Notes: generated from the letters alone by a model not told the origin. Shown: positions 1 through 10,237, counted from the stretch's first letter. The stretch is 64,000 nt of DNA from Thermoanaerobaculia bacterium (GCA_963666565.1 OY762911.1:1344001-1408000); one strand, 5' to 3'. Translations and numbers: made by a program.

Positions 1-857
1 AGGGCCGCTCCTCTGCCGGAACCCACGCCACGACAGAGCCGCTGTACGTACTCGTGGAGTTCTTCACCAGGCACTTGAGCGAAGCCGTTGCCGACGTAGA
101 GCACTGCCTTCCTGCCTGGAACGCCGCTGAACGCCGTGACGACGTCCCAGAGGGCCTCGAGCCGCTCCGCCGTCCGCCGCCTCTCCCGCACTTCGTAACT
201 CCTGATGAGGGCCGTCGCCTGCGGGAACCCCGAACCGCAGCCATCGGCATACGGCGCGAAGAGGATGTCCCTGACCTGCTCCTTTGCGCGTTCAAAGTGC
301 AGCCCGGTCTGAATAGACCGCCACCGGGGCTTGGGCAACGCCTCGGCCGCGGCCAGTGCGGCGTCCAGATCTTCCGTCGGGGGCACCCGGATCTGCACGT
401 GGTCTCCGGACGTGACCAGGGCGAACCGCGCGTTCCAGGCGCGGAGGGCCTCCGCTTCGCGCTGCACTCTGTGCAGAAAGCGCCGGCGGTCGAAGAACCG
501 GGTACCGGCCTCGTCGAAGTAGACGATGACGTTGACGGGCGGTCCCGTCGGCGGGTCCGCCACGGCCGCGCCAGCGTCACCGTCCGTTGGCTGCTCACGC
601 AGGAGCGTCCGCTGGAACCCCGTGATCTCGACCCGCTCGCCATCGAGGTGGACGATGAAGTCCTCCTGCTCCAGGTCTGTCACCGGGCCGCCGCCCCGAG
701 CCGTCACCACGACGTGGACGAGTACCTCGGTCACGGACACCGTGTCCGCGAAGGTCTGTGCGGCGGCCGGCCCCGGGAACACGCCCGCGGCGACGCCCAG
801 TACGACTCCCAGGAACAGGGTCCCGATCAGCCGTCTGGCAGGGTGCAGGCGCCTAAC
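1..857 (-). CDS. VWA (VWFA-related Acidobacterial) domain protein, partial (runs off left edge); start approximate
   Basis: Manual minus-strand translation: signal peptide ...GVVLGVAAGVFPGPAAAQTFADTVSVTEVLVHVVVT...VTDLEQEDFIV...VIVYFD...PGRKAVLYVGNG, typical of this family. Absent from the ORF track because there is no stop in the window. Confidence 0.7.
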
Positions 858-969
858 GGAGCGGGTTGCGCCGGCGCCGCTCTGGCACCGGCCTCGGCTC
901 GTGCGGTCGCCGGCCTTTGGCCGGCGGCCCTTTCGTCCGGGCTGCGCCGCTCCGCGGCTCCGCCCGTGG

Positions 970-993
970 GCGGGTCGGAAGACCCGCGCACCC
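970..993 (-). repeat. REP-like palindromic repeat copy 1
   Basis: Reverse complement of GGGTGCGCGGGTCTTCCGACCCGC, intergenic. Confidence 0.85.
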
Positions 994-1063
994 AGCGGAA
1001 GGCTGGCTCGGCTGTGGGCAACCGGTTCCATGCAAGAGTCGAGTCGAGCAGCCGACATGTCAA

Positions 1064-1101
1064 GGCATGTTAGCCGTCCAGCGGCATGTTAGCCGTCCAG
1101 C
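1064..1101. repeat. 19-bp perfect tandem duplication GGCATGTTAGCCGTCCAGC
   Basis: Copies at 1064-1082 and 1083-1101; spans the stop codon of the adjacent minus-strand gene. Confidence 0.9.
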
Positions 1102-2450
1102 CGCGCCGCCCAGGCCGCGGCCCGCCGCCGCATCGCCGGCGCGTCCTCCGGCAGGACCATGCCCTGCTCGACGGCACGGTCCAGCGCCGCGTTCCAGGCA
1201 TCGAGATAGCTCTCGCTGTCCGGATACAGGGCCGCCAACTGCTCGCTGTCGAAGTCGGTCGCCGTGCCGTACAGGAAGCCGAACCGGTTCCCGTCCCGTT
1301 GCATGCCGGCGCCGCTGTGCGAGGCGGTCGGCGCCTCGAGATCCGGCAGGCGAATGCCGCCGACGGCGTTGCCGTGCTCGTCCCGGACGACTTCGGGACC
1401 GGAGTCGCCGGCCTTCATCTCCACGCGCGGCATTCGCGGCGGTTCGACGCCGTCCTTGATCCAGCGGTGCAGATGCCTGATCGCCGCCTCGTACACCGGG
1501 TTGTAGGCCAGCCAGTTCGAGCCTTCGACGGTGCGTTCCTTCGGCCTCGCCACGGATACGTGCGACGTTCCCGCTACCTCCCAGAGCCGGAAGCGGTCCG
1601 AGTCCGGCTCGCGCACGGGGTAGTACCGGGGCAGTTCGGTCTCGGAGTTCACGACGATGACGGGGACGTCCAGATCCGCCCTGATCGACGAGGCGCTGCG
1701 GCCCCGGCGTCCTCCGCCGCGCTCGGACGCGAACGGCACGACGCCGCCGAAGTCGATGTACGGCAGGAAGCCGTCGAACACTCCCTCCACCGGATGCACG
1801 CCGTTGATGTAGGTGCGGAGCCGCGCGGCCGACTGGGAAGCGCCCGCCGCGATCAGCCGCTCGACCTCCAGTCCGCCCATCGGGTCGAGGCCCTGCCGGT
1901 CGCGTTCCGGACCGATGGCGCGCGCCACCTGCGTGAAGATGTCGTAGGAGAAGGCGTCGCCGGGGTGCACGAGGGCGCCGTAACGTCCCGGGTCCCACGC
2001 CTTCAGTCCGCCGGGGTTGCCGGGAAAGCCGTCGATGCCGACCTTCTGCGCGGACACGCCCACCCAGGCGTAGCCGCGCAGGGCCTCGCCTCCCGCCGAA
2101 CCGAGCTCGAAGCCGGCGGTGACGTTCAGCCAGAACGCGATGACGGTGCCGTTGAACGCGGACGGGTCTTCGGGCCGGACCACCAGCATGCGCGTCCTGA
2201 AGTCCGCCTTGTCGGCGGACGCGCGGGTGTTCCACCGGCCGTCCGGGGTATGGGCGCCTTCGGTCAGTTCGTAGGCGGTCGCCTCGCCCTCGAGGAAGTA
2301 CTCCTCCGTCACGTAGCCGCGGTCGGCCACGTCCACCGCGTTGAACGGAGTCCCCCGTTCCCCGCCCGTGATGGGCCCGGACAGGGTCGCCGGATCCGAG
2401 GCGAACGCGAAGGCAAGGCTGAGCGCCGTCAGGATCGTTCCGATCGTCAT
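1089..2450 (-). CDS. secreted alpha/beta hydrolase domain protein
   Basis: Signal peptide MTIGTILTALSLAFAFA; EEYFLEGEA, GASQSA nucleophile-elbow-like motif, WEVAGTSH. Confidence 0.75.
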   Translation of the reverse strand: MTIGTILTALSLAFAFASDPATLSGPITGGERGTPFNAVDVADRGYVTEEYFLEGEATAYELTEGAHTPDGRWNTRASADKADFRTRMLVVRPEDPSAFNGTVIAFWLNVTAGFELGSAGGEALRGYAWVGVSAQKVGIDGFPGNPGGLKAWDPGRYGALVHPGDAFSYDIFTQVARAIGPERDRQGLDPMGGLEVERLIAAGASQSAARLRTYINGVHPVEGVFDGFLPYIDFGGVVPFASERGGGRRGRSASSIRADLDVPVIVVNSETELPRYYPVREPDSDRFRLWEVAGTSHVSVARPKERTVEGSNWLAYNPVYEAAIRHLHRWIKDGVEPPRMPRVEMKAGDSGPEVVRDEHGNAVGGIRLPDLEAPTASHSGAGMQRDGNRFGFLYGTATDFDSEQLAALYPDSESYLDAWNAALDRAVEQGMVLPEDAPAMRRRAAAWAARLDG

Positions 2451-2673
2451 TGGCAGGTCCTCTCTCTGGCTCGTTGCGGTTGGCGGCCGGCAGCTTGGCG
2501 CTCGGCCCGGAAGACGGTCGCGTTCGCGCGGTGCGGCGCCGGCTCCCGGCGTCTCGCCGGTTCCGGGTATCGTAGCCGCCCCCCGACAACCCGGTCGGCG
2601 CGTCCACGCGCCAGCCGCGAACCCGTCCCCAGGTCCGTCATCGGGCGCGGGGATGGCACTCCAGGAGTTCAGC

Positions 2674-4314
2674 GTGAAGGTAGCCCAGGGCGTCGCCGAG
2701 TACCTCAAGCGGGAGGGCGTCGAGTTCATCGTCGCCTACCCGGTCAACCCGATCATCGAGGCCGCGGCCGTGGCGGACATCCGCACCGTGATCGTTCGCC
2801 AAGAGCGGATCGGGCTGCACATGGCCGACGCGGTCAGCCGGCTGAGTTCGGGCAAGCAGCTCGGCGTCTTCACGATGCAAAGCGGGCCGGGGACCGAGAA
2901 CGCCTTCGGCGGCGTGGCGCAGGCCTACGGCGAGTCGGCGCCCATCCTGGTCATGCCGATGGGCTACAGCCGCCGGGCGATGCACGTGGCGCCGAACTTC
3001 AACGCGGTGGCGAACTTCCAGCACGTGACGAAGTGGTGCGAGCCGCTCAGCATGGGCAAGGCGCTGCCCGAGGTGATGCGCCGGGCCTTCACCCAGTTGC
3101 GTTCCGGCCGGCCGGGCCCGGTGATGGTCGAGGTGCCGGCGGACGTCTTCGGCGAGGACGTGCCGGACGATCTGGGACCGCGGCCCAGCGGCACCGTGCG
3201 TGTCGGCCCCGATCCGGACCTGGTGAGCCAGGCGGCGGAGATGCTGGCGGCGGCCGAGCGGCCGGTGATCTACGCGGGCCAGGGTGTTCACTACGCGGAG
3301 GCCTGGGACGAACTGCGGCGCTTGGCGGAGCTGCTCAACGCGCCGGTGACGACCAGCCTCGGCGGCAAGAGCGCGTTCAACGAAGACCACCCGCTGTCGC
3401 TCGGCTCGGGCGGCCGCGCGGTTCCGAAGACGGTGCACGAGTTCCTGGGCGCCGCCGACGTGATCTTCGGCATCGGCTGCAGCTTCACGACCACCGCGTT
3501 CGGCATCTACTTCGGCAAGTACACGCAAGCGAAGTACGTTCACGCGACGCTCGACCCGGTCGACCTGAACAAGAACGTCGCCTCGGACTGCGTCGTCGCG
3601 GGCGACGCGAAGCTGACGCTGGCCGCCCTGATCGCCGAGCTGGAAGGCCGGTCGCTTCCGCACGCGGCCTCGCGGGCTGCGTCCGTGCCGGCCGAGATCG
3701 AGCGGATCCGCGCCGGCTGGCTCGACGAGTGGATGCCCAAGCTGACCTCCGACGGCACGCCGCTCTCGCCCTACCGCGTGCTGTGGGACCTGATGGACAA
3801 CGTCGACCGCGACAACGTGATCATCACCCACGACGCCGGCTCGCCGCGCGACCAGATCTCCCCGTTCTGGCGCAGCACGACCCCGCTCTCCTACATCGGC
3901 TGGGGCAAGACGACCCAGCTCGGCTACGGCCTCGGCCTGGCGATGGGAGCCAAGCTCGCCCAGCCCGACAAGCTCTGCATCAACGTCTGGGGCGACGCGG
4001 CGATCGGCTTCACCGGCATGGACTTCGAGACGGCGGTCCGCGAACGCCTGCCGATCCTCTCCATCCTGTTCAACAACTTCTCGATGGCGATCGAACTGCC
4101 GATCATGCAGGTGGCGACCGAGAAGTACCGCAGCACCGACATCTCCGGCCACTACGCCGACATGGCGAAGGCCTTCGGCGGCTACGGCGAGCGGGTGACC
4201 GAGCCCGGCGAGATCGTCCCGGCGATCCGCCGCGGCATCGAGGCGACGGAATCGGGGACGCCGGCCCTGCTGGAGTTCATCACGGAGAAGGAGATCGGGA
4301 TCTCCAGCTATTGA
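2674..4314 (+). CDS. thiamine pyrophosphate-dependent enzyme (acetolactate synthase-like family)
   Basis: RQER..HMAD, SGPG, GRPGPV, GDAAIG...NN TPP-binding motif; GTG start after AGGAG. Confidence 0.85.
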   Translation: MKVAQGVAEYLKREGVEFIVAYPVNPIIEAAAVADIRTVIVRQERIGLHMADAVSRLSSGKQLGVFTMQSGPGTENAFGGVAQAYGESAPILVMPMGYSRRAMHVAPNFNAVANFQHVTKWCEPLSMGKALPEVMRRAFTQLRSGRPGPVMVEVPADVFGEDVPDDLGPRPSGTVRVGPDPDLVSQAAEMLAAAERPVIYAGQGVHYAEAWDELRRLAELLNAPVTTSLGGKSAFNEDHPLSLGSGGRAVPKTVHEFLGAADVIFGIGCSFTTTAFGIYFGKYTQAKYVHATLDPVDLNKNVASDCVVAGDAKLTLAALIAELEGRSLPHAASRAASVPAEIERIRAGWLDEWMPKLTSDGTPLSPYRVLWDLMDNVDRDNVIITHDAGSPRDQISPFWRSTTPLSYIGWGKTTQLGYGLGLAMGAKLAQPDKLCINVWGDAAIGFTGMDFETAVRERLPILSILFNNFSMAIELPIMQVATEKYRSTDISGHYADMAKAFGGYGERVTEPGEIVPAIRRGIEATESGTPALLEFITEKEIGISSY

Positions 4315-4412
4315 CGGATTCGATGCGCCGGAGCGTGTGAGGGGCGTTGGACGTGTCGGGCCTTCCCGTGTATTCTTTCCGGCGCCAGGGAAAGATAACC
4401 GGAGAAGCTGCG

Positions 4413-5021
4413 ATGATACCCACTCTGTCGGCGAACGAGGCCGCGTGCGTCACCGGCGTGCCCCTCAAGCATGTGCATCGCATCATCGACGCTGGCCTTC
4501 TGGGCGCCGCCGAGCGCGGCGGTGAACGCGCTCGTGCCGTACATCGCGACGCACTGGTGGGGCTCAAGCTTGCCCATGACACGATGGACCTCCTGACCTT
4601 GGCCGGACGGAGGCGTCTCGTCCGCTATCTCCTCGACCATCCTCGTGCGGGGATGGCACGCGAGCGCAACGTGTCCGTGGATCTGCGAGCGATGAAGAGC
4701 GAGGTGCGCAGAGGCCTTTCCGTGCTTTCGAGCGCTCGCGACGCGGTCGAGTGCGATGAGGCCGTGCTGTCGGGGGTGCCTTGCTTCAAGGGGACCCGCA
4801 TTCCGGTTCACGACATCGCCGACATGCTGGCCAACGGCGACAGTGCCCGGGCCATTCACGAGGCGTTTCCGCGGCTCACGGAGAGAAAGATCGAGCTGGC
4901 GGCCTTCTATGCGCGGGCCTATCCCCGGCGCGGGCGACCCCGCCAAGCACCCGTCTGGCGCGCGCGCAAGCCAGCCGTGACGGGAGAAGCCGCCATGGAC
5001 GACTTGTCCGCTTCGCCTTGA
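4413..5021 (+). CDS. DUF433-containing antitoxin (HTH + DUF433)
   Basis: VLSGVPCFKGTRIPVHDIADMLANG...FPRLT DUF433 signature; coupled to downstream PIN gene. Confidence 0.8.
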   Translation: MIPTLSANEAACVTGVPLKHVHRIIDAGLLGAAERGGERARAVHRDALVGLKLAHDTMDLLTLAGRRRLVRYLLDHPRAGMARERNVSVDLRAMKSEVRRGLSVLSSARDAVECDEAVLSGVPCFKGTRIPVHDIADMLANGDSARAIHEAFPRLTERKIELAAFYARAYPRRGRPRQAPVWRARKPAVTGEAAMDDLSASP

Positions 5022-5407
5022 AGTTCCTGATCGACGAGTGCCTCAGCCCCAGTCTCGCGATCATCGCCCGCGAGCGCGGATTCGCGGAATCCACCCATGT
5101 GACCTGGTTGGGTCTCCGGTCCCGGCAGGACTGGGTCCTGGTCCGGCGCGCGCTGGATGACGGCTACGTCCTCGTGACTCACGACACGGCGGACTTCACG
5201 GTCTTGATGGAACGCGAACCGCTCCATCCCGGACTGATCTGCCTGAACGTGGCGCACGGCCTCATGCGCCTCGACGTCCAGCGGAACCTGTTCGAGTACG
5301 CACTGACGACCAACGGGGACGCGGACCTTGCCGGGCACGTGCTGGAGGTCACGCTGGCGGCCGACGGGACGGTTCGGGTGGAACGCTACGCGTCCGCTAC
5401 AGAGTAG
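5018..5407 (+). CDS. DUF5615 family PIN-like toxin
   Basis: KFLIDECLS, HV, D, LVTHDTADF; TTGA overlap with antitoxin. Confidence 0.8.
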   Translation: MKFLIDECLSPSLAIIARERGFAESTHVTWLGLRSRQDWVLVRRALDDGYVLVTHDTADFTVLMEREPLHPGLICLNVAHGLMRLDVQRNLFEYALTTNGDADLAGHVLEVTLAADGTVRVERYASATE

Positions 5408-6008
5408 GGGGCCTTTCCTTCAGCCTGAGCGCGTGGCGCGCTTCGCGTTCGAAGATGTGGACGATGCGGGCCGGTCTGCTGGCGAGGGTCTTCAGGTCAC
5501 GTCCGTCGATCAGGACGATGGCCAGGTCGGAGTCGGCCATGACCCTCTTGGCGTAGCGACGCGCTCGAGCGTCCACTGCCCCCGTCGTCACGACGACGAT
5601 CACCTTGCCCTTGAGCAAGTGGGTCAGGCCGATTTCCTTGGCCACGTCGTCAATCGACATCCGCGCGCTGTTCTTGCACTGGATCTGCCAGCGGTTGAGA
5701 ACGAGACGGTTGCTCTGGAAGATCAGGCCCACTTCGGCACCGTCGGTCTGAGCGCCGCGCAGCCGAGTGCCGGCGTAGTCCATGTCGAGTATCCGCATGA
5801 GCTTGAATGCAAGAGCTTCCAGTGCAAGGCCCGCGAGGTCCCTGTCGGAGCTGTCGATGTCCGACAGGATTCCCTCAAGAGGTTGTCTGAGCAGGGCGAC
5901 CACTCCCGGATCGGCCCACACCGCCAGTCGCCTCAACTGGGGTTCCACGATCTCGGCCATCAGCTTCGCTGTCGGAGCGACGAGGAGAGTCGGTGCGTTA
6001 GTGTCCAT
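5397..6008 (-). CDS. restriction endonuclease (Mrr-like PD-(D/E)xK) C-terminal domain, probably truncated/inactive
   Basis: LEALAFKLMRILD...GAEVGLIF...WQIQCKN...IVVVTTG...IVLIDG. Confidence 0.6.
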   Translation of the reverse strand: MDTNAPTLLVAPTAKLMAEIVEPQLRRLAVWADPGVVALLRQPLEGILSDIDSSDRDLAGLALEALAFKLMRILDMDYAGTRLRGAQTDGAEVGLIFQSNRLVLNRWQIQCKNSARMSIDDVAKEIGLTHLLKGKVIVVVTTGAVDARARRYAKRVMADSDLAIVLIDGRDLKTLASRPARIVHIFEREARHALRLKERPPTL

Positions 6009-6076
6009 GGCTTGAGAATAGCCTCTGGCGGACTCGCGCCCGTTCCGTCGTGGACGTGACCGGCTAGAGTGCTCCG

Positions 6077-7240
6077 TCAACCGGAACCCTGCACGCCGGC
6101 CGTCGATCTCGTGGCCGACTGAGACCAGCCGGAAGGAGGTCCAGGGCACGAAATCTCGTAACGGAGCGCGCGTCCCCGCCCGGAGGAAACGAGTGCGCCC
6201 ATGTCGCGCAGCGCGGCCAGATCCCGGGTGGCGGTCGCCGGCGAACACCTGGCGATCGATACGTAGTTCCTGGCGGACAGCCCGCCCGCGAACCCGGCCC
6301 GCCCCTGTGCGAAGACGCGGGCGATGACCTTGCGCTGACGCTCGTTCAACCGGTCGCCGTAGCGGTCGTGGAACCGGGTCTTGTCCAGAACGAACGCCAC
6401 TTCGGCCAGGGCGATCTCCTGTGCGTGGACGATGGCGGCGGTGAAGTAGTCGAAGAACCCGCCGAGGTCGAGGTTGCCCCGGCCGACGGCTTCGAGCGCA
6501 TCGTAGTAGCCGTCCCGGCTCGCATCGATGGCGGCCGCCAGGCAGGCGAACGTCGGTCGGCCAAGGGACTGCGAAAGCGCGTGGTCCGAGATCGCGCGGC
6601 CCACGCGCCCGTTGCCGTCCTCGAACGGGTGGATCTTCTCGAACCAGACGTGCGCGACGGCGGCGCGAACCGGTCCGGCGAGCTCCCCGCTGTCGCCGTT
6701 GTACCAGTCCAGGAAGCGCTCCATTTCGGCGGGCACCTGGGCGGCGGGCGGCGCTTCGTAGTGAACGGTGCGCGGCCGGCCCGCACACCGGCCGCTGACG
6801 ATCCGCATCGGCTCGGGATTGTTGCGGTAGGCCCCGCCCATGACCGTGCTCGTCAATCGGTCGACGACGATCAGCGACTGCCAATGGCCCAGCGTGTCGT
6901 GCGACAGCGGGCGATGCCAGTTCCGGCGAACGTCGACGATCAGCTCGGTGGCGCCGGCCGCCCGGTCATCGTGGCGGTGGGCGCCGGGGATCTCGCCGAA
7001 GTGCCTGAGCAGGGAGGAGCGCACGGAATCGCGGTCCAGGCGTTCGCCCTCGATCGCGCTGGTGGCGATCACTTCGGAGAGCATCAGTGCGATCTGTGCG
7101 TCGGTTCGGTAGGCCTGCGACAGCGCTTCGACGCGCCCGGAAAGGCGTTCGGCCGCGCGATGAAACGCCTCGACACGTTCCGGGAACGCGGCCGGGTCGA
7201 AGACGAAGTTCGGCCAGTCGGGGTGTTGCCAGATCCACAT
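6077..7240 (-). CDS. Fic family protein (DUF4172 + Fic + wHTH)
   Basis: WIWQHPDWPNF N-terminus, TSAIEGE, HPFEDGNGRVGR, C-terminal SPATATRDL. Confidence 0.9.
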   Translation of the reverse strand: MWIWQHPDWPNFVFDPAAFPERVEAFHRAAERLSGRVEALSQAYRTDAQIALMLSEVIATSAIEGERLDRDSVRSSLLRHFGEIPGAHRHDDRAAGATELIVDVRRNWHRPLSHDTLGHWQSLIVVDRLTSTVMGGAYRNNPEPMRIVSGRCAGRPRTVHYEAPPAAQVPAEMERFLDWYNGDSGELAGPVRAAVAHVWFEKIHPFEDGNGRVGRAISDHALSQSLGRPTFACLAAAIDASRDGYYDALEAVGRGNLDLGGFFDYFTAAIVHAQEIALAEVAFVLDKTRFHDRYGDRLNERQRKVIARVFAQGRAGFAGGLSARNYVSIARCSPATATRDLAALRDMGALVSSGRGRALRYEISCPGPPSGWSQSATRSTAGVQGSG

Positions 7241-7242
7241 GT

Positions 7243-7288
7243 GAGGCGATTCTACTCGCCAATCGCCTCAAGAATCGGCGATTCTTGA
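7243..7288 (-). promoter_or_regulatory. Fic promoter region with overlapping inverted repeats (candidate operators) and -10 TAGAAT
   Basis: GAGGCGATT..AATCGCCTC (7243-7269) and TCAAGAATCG-G-CGATTCTTGA (7268-7288); TAGAAT on minus strand at 7249-7254. Confidence 0.5.
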
Positions 7289-7389
7289 TTTGATTGTCCG
7301 TTGGAATCCCATCGCCCCTGGCGCTTGAAGCGCCGGCGGCTTCCATGGAACTGGCCGCCCACCAACGGAGCCGCTTCGCGGCGCGAACT

Positions 7390-7432
7390 CCTGGCCGCCT
7401 TCGGCGGCAGCGGGTCAGAAGACCCGCGCACC
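7390..7432 (-). repeat. REP-like repeat copy 2 with second GCCGCCGAAGGCGGC hairpin
   Basis: Match to repeat core. Confidence 0.8.
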
Positions 7433-7474
7433 GACAGGGTGGCCAGTTCCCCGCGCGCCAGCGCTGGACGCTGT

Positions 7475-8884
7475 CTACCGCTCCGGCGGCCCCAGCAGGG
7501 ACGGCGCCGGCGCCTTGCGGGCGATGGCGCTGTCGATCGCCTTCGGCAGCACGGTGACGATCTTCTCGATCTCCTCCTCGCCGAGGATGAAGGGCGGGCC
7601 GAGGCAGACGACGTCGCGGGCCGGGTCGTTGCCGCCGGGGTAGAAGAAGACGTCCATCGAGAGTCCGGCGGCGGTCACCGCGTTGACGATCGCCAGATCG
7701 GCGGGGAACGGCTCCAGCGTCTCGCGGTCCTGGACGATCTCGATGCCGTAGAGCAGGCCGCGGCCGCGGACTTCGGCGACGTGGGGATGATCGGCGAAGG
7801 TCTCCCGCAGGCGCTCGCCCAGCGCCGCGCCGACGGTGGCGGCGCGTTCGACGAGGTCTTCGTCCTCGAGGATGCGGAGCACCTCGCTGGCCGCGGCGCA
7901 GGCGGGCGAGTGGGCGCCGTAGGTGAAGAACATGACGGAGTCGCCCGCCTCGGCGATGGGCGCGGTGACTTCCTCGCGGGCGCAGATGGCGACCAGGGGC
8001 GCGTAGCCGCCGGTCAGGCCCTTGCCGCCGACCAGGATGTCGGGCACGACGTCCCAGTGGTCCACGCAGAACTTGCGGCCGGTGCGGCCGTAGCCGGTCA
8101 TCACCTCGTCGGCGATCAGGAGCACGCCGTGGCGCCGGCAGATGCGGGCGACCCGCTCCAGGTAATCGCCGGGGGGCACGAGCGCACCGGCGTTCGAGCC
8201 GACGATCGGCTCGACGACAAAGGCCGCGATCTGCTCCGGGCCGATCTCCTCGAACACGCGCTCCACCTCGTCGGCGCAGGCGATGTCGCAGCCGGGATAC
8301 TCCTTGCCCAGCGGACAGCGCATGCAGTAGTGCGCCGGCGGCCGCGGCTGGTCGGTCCGGTCGTCGATCAGCCACGGCTCGAAGCCCGCGCGGCGGCCAT
8401 GGTGTCCGCCCACGGCGAGCGTCGCCATCGTGGCGCCGTGGTAGGAAAGCTGCCGCCCGAACACGCGCCAGCGCTCGGGGCGTCCGGCGGAAAGGTGGTG
8501 CTGGCGGGCGAACCGGATCGCCAGGTCCATCGCCTCGGAGCCGCCGCTGGCGAAGAGGACCCGGTCGATGTCGCCGGGCAGCCAGCGGGTCTTCATGCGG
8601 TGGACCAGGTCCGCCCGCGCCGGGGTCGCGAAGGGAGGCACGATGTAGTCCGTCTGCGCGGCGGCCTCCGCGTAGGCTTCCGCGACTTCGCGGCGGCCGT
8701 GGCCGATGTTGGAGACGATCGCGCCGCCGGCGGCGTCGAGGATCCGGCGACCGTCGGGCGCGATCATGTAGCAGCCTTCGGCGGACGCCACTTCCAGGGG
8801 CGATCTGCCCTGGCCGAGGAAGGGATAGTCGTGGGCGTGCGGGAACGGCACGCCGCTGGACGCTTCGGTATCGGCGGTGGTCAT
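7475..8884 (-). CDS. class III PLP-dependent aminotransferase
   Basis: SGGSEA, SYHG, EPIVG, LIADEVMTGYGRTG, DILVGGKG. Confidence 0.9.
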   Translation of the reverse strand: MTTADTEASSGVPFPHAHDYPFLGQGRSPLEVASAEGCYMIAPDGRRILDAAGGAIVSNIGHGRREVAEAYAEAAAQTDYIVPPFATPARADLVHRMKTRWLPGDIDRVLFASGGSEAMDLAIRFARQHHLSAGRPERWRVFGRQLSYHGATMATLAVGGHHGRRAGFEPWLIDDRTDQPRPPAHYCMRCPLGKEYPGCDIACADEVERVFEEIGPEQIAAFVVEPIVGSNAGALVPPGDYLERVARICRRHGVLLIADEVMTGYGRTGRKFCVDHWDVVPDILVGGKGLTGGYAPLVAICAREEVTAPIAEAGDSVMFFTYGAHSPACAAASEVLRILEDEDLVERAATVGAALGERLRETFADHPHVAEVRGRGLLYGIEIVQDRETLEPFPADLAIVNAVTAAGLSMDVFFYPGGNDPARDVVCLGPPFILGEEEIEKIVTVLPKAIDSAIARKAPAPSLLGPPER

Positions 8885-8970
8885 GGGTTGAGACTAGCGC
8901 TACAGCGGGTCGGCACCCGGCTGGCGCGTCCCTGCGCCGGCCGCGTCACAGCCCGAGCGCCCGTCTTCGG

Positions 8971-8997
8971 GCGGTCGGATGTCAGACCCGCGCACCC
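8971..8997 (-). repeat. REP-like repeat copy 3 (variant)
   Basis: GGGTGCGCGGGTCTGACATCCGACCGC on minus strand. Confidence 0.7.
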
Positions 8998-9060
8998 GGC
9001 GGCACGGCGCCTTGTAGACTGCCGGCCGGCCCCGGCGGCTCTTCGGCGGTTCGCGACGCG

Positions 9061-9654
9061 ATGAACGGAATCCACGACATGGGCGGCATGCACGGCTTCG
9101 GGGCTGTGGAGCGCCGCCGGGACGAGGTCCTGTTCCCGGAGGCCTGGCAGGGCCGCGTCTGCGCCCTCGCCGGGTACGCGATGGGCGCCGGGCTGGCGAA
9201 CATCGACGCCTTCCGGCACGCGATCGAGCGGATGCCGGCGGACCGCTACCTCGCCGACGGCTACTACGGGCGCTGGCTCTACGCGCTGGAGACGCTGGTG
9301 CGGGAACGGCTTGAGGGCGAGAGCGTGCCCGAACGGCCCGAGCACGTGGGATCGGTGGCCCGCGAGGTCGACCGGGAACCCCGGCTCGCGGTCGGCGACG
9401 CGGTGCGCACCTGGAACCGGCACCCCGAAGGCCATACGCGCCTTCCGGGCTACGCGCGGAACCGTCGCGGCACGGTCGCCGACGTGCATCCGGCGTGCGT
9501 CTATCCCGACACGAACGCGGACGGGCGGGGCGAGTCGCCGGAGTACCTCTACACCGTCGGCTTCGAGAGCCGGGAACTCTGGGGCGAGGAGGCGGAGGCC
9601 GGCGCCACCGTCTACATCGATCTGTTCGAGCCGTATCTGGAGAAGCTCGCATGA
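9061..9654 (+). CDS. nthB: nitrile hydratase beta subunit
   Basis: MNGIHDMGGMHGFG, FRHAIERM, GHTRLPGY, DLFEPYLE. Confidence 0.95.
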   Translation: MNGIHDMGGMHGFGAVERRRDEVLFPEAWQGRVCALAGYAMGAGLANIDAFRHAIERMPADRYLADGYYGRWLYALETLVRERLEGESVPERPEHVGSVAREVDREPRLAVGDAVRTWNRHPEGHTRLPGYARNRRGTVADVHPACVYPDTNADGRGESPEYLYTVGFESRELWGEEAEAGATVYIDLFEPYLEKLA

Positions 9655-10229
9655 CTATCGATTCGCCGGAGATCCGCACCGAGGCGATCGAGGCCCTGCT
9701 CGTGGAGAAGGGCCTGGTCCAGTCCGCCGCCGTCGACGCCCTGGTCGAGCGCTACGAGCAGGACATCGGGCCGCTGCGCGGCGCCCGCGTGGTCGCCGAA
9801 GCCTGGACCGATCCGGCCTTCAGGGCGCGGCTGCTCGAGGACGGCATGCCGGCGATCCGCGAGTTGGGCTTCGGCGACAACACGGACTCCCACGTCGCCC
9901 GCCTGGTGGTCAAGGAGAACACGGACTCGGTCCACAACCTCGTCGTCTGCACGCTCTGCTCGTGCTACCCGTGGGCGGTGCTCGGACTGCCGCCGGCCTG
10001 GTACAAGTCGCCCGCCTACCGGTCGCGGGCGGTGCGCGAACCGCGGCGTCTGCTCGCCGAACTCGGGCTCGACCTGCCGCCGGAGGTCGAAGTGCGGGTC
10101 TGGGACTCCAGCGCCGAGGTGCGCTACATGGTCCTGCCGCAGCGGCCGCCGGACACGGACGGCCTGGACGTCGAGGAACTGACCGGCCTCGTCAGCCGCG
10201 ACTCGATGATCGGCGTCGAGCGCCCGTAG
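9651..10229 (+). CDS. nthA: nitrile hydratase alpha subunit, cobalt type
   Basis: VVCTLCSCYPW metal-binding motif (Thr/Tyr = Co type), PPAWYKS. Confidence 0.95.
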   Translation: MTIDSPEIRTEAIEALLVEKGLVQSAAVDALVERYEQDIGPLRGARVVAEAWTDPAFRARLLEDGMPAIRELGFGDNTDSHVARLVVKENTDSVHNLVVCTLCSCYPWAVLGLPPAWYKSPAYRSRAVREPRRLLAELGLDLPPEVEVRVWDSSAEVRYMVLPQRPPDTDGLDVEELTGLVSRDSMIGVERP

Positions 10230-10237
10230 CGCGCGAC

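Noticed and set aside
54-4340. Long ORFs 54..1073(+) and 1086..4340(+), and similar very long ORFs elsewhere (e.g. 24716..28426-, 29054..32551-, 50679..52772-)
   Set aside because: Antisense or off-frame shadows of real genes in high-GC DNA: Arg/Pro/Gly-rich with no family motifs.
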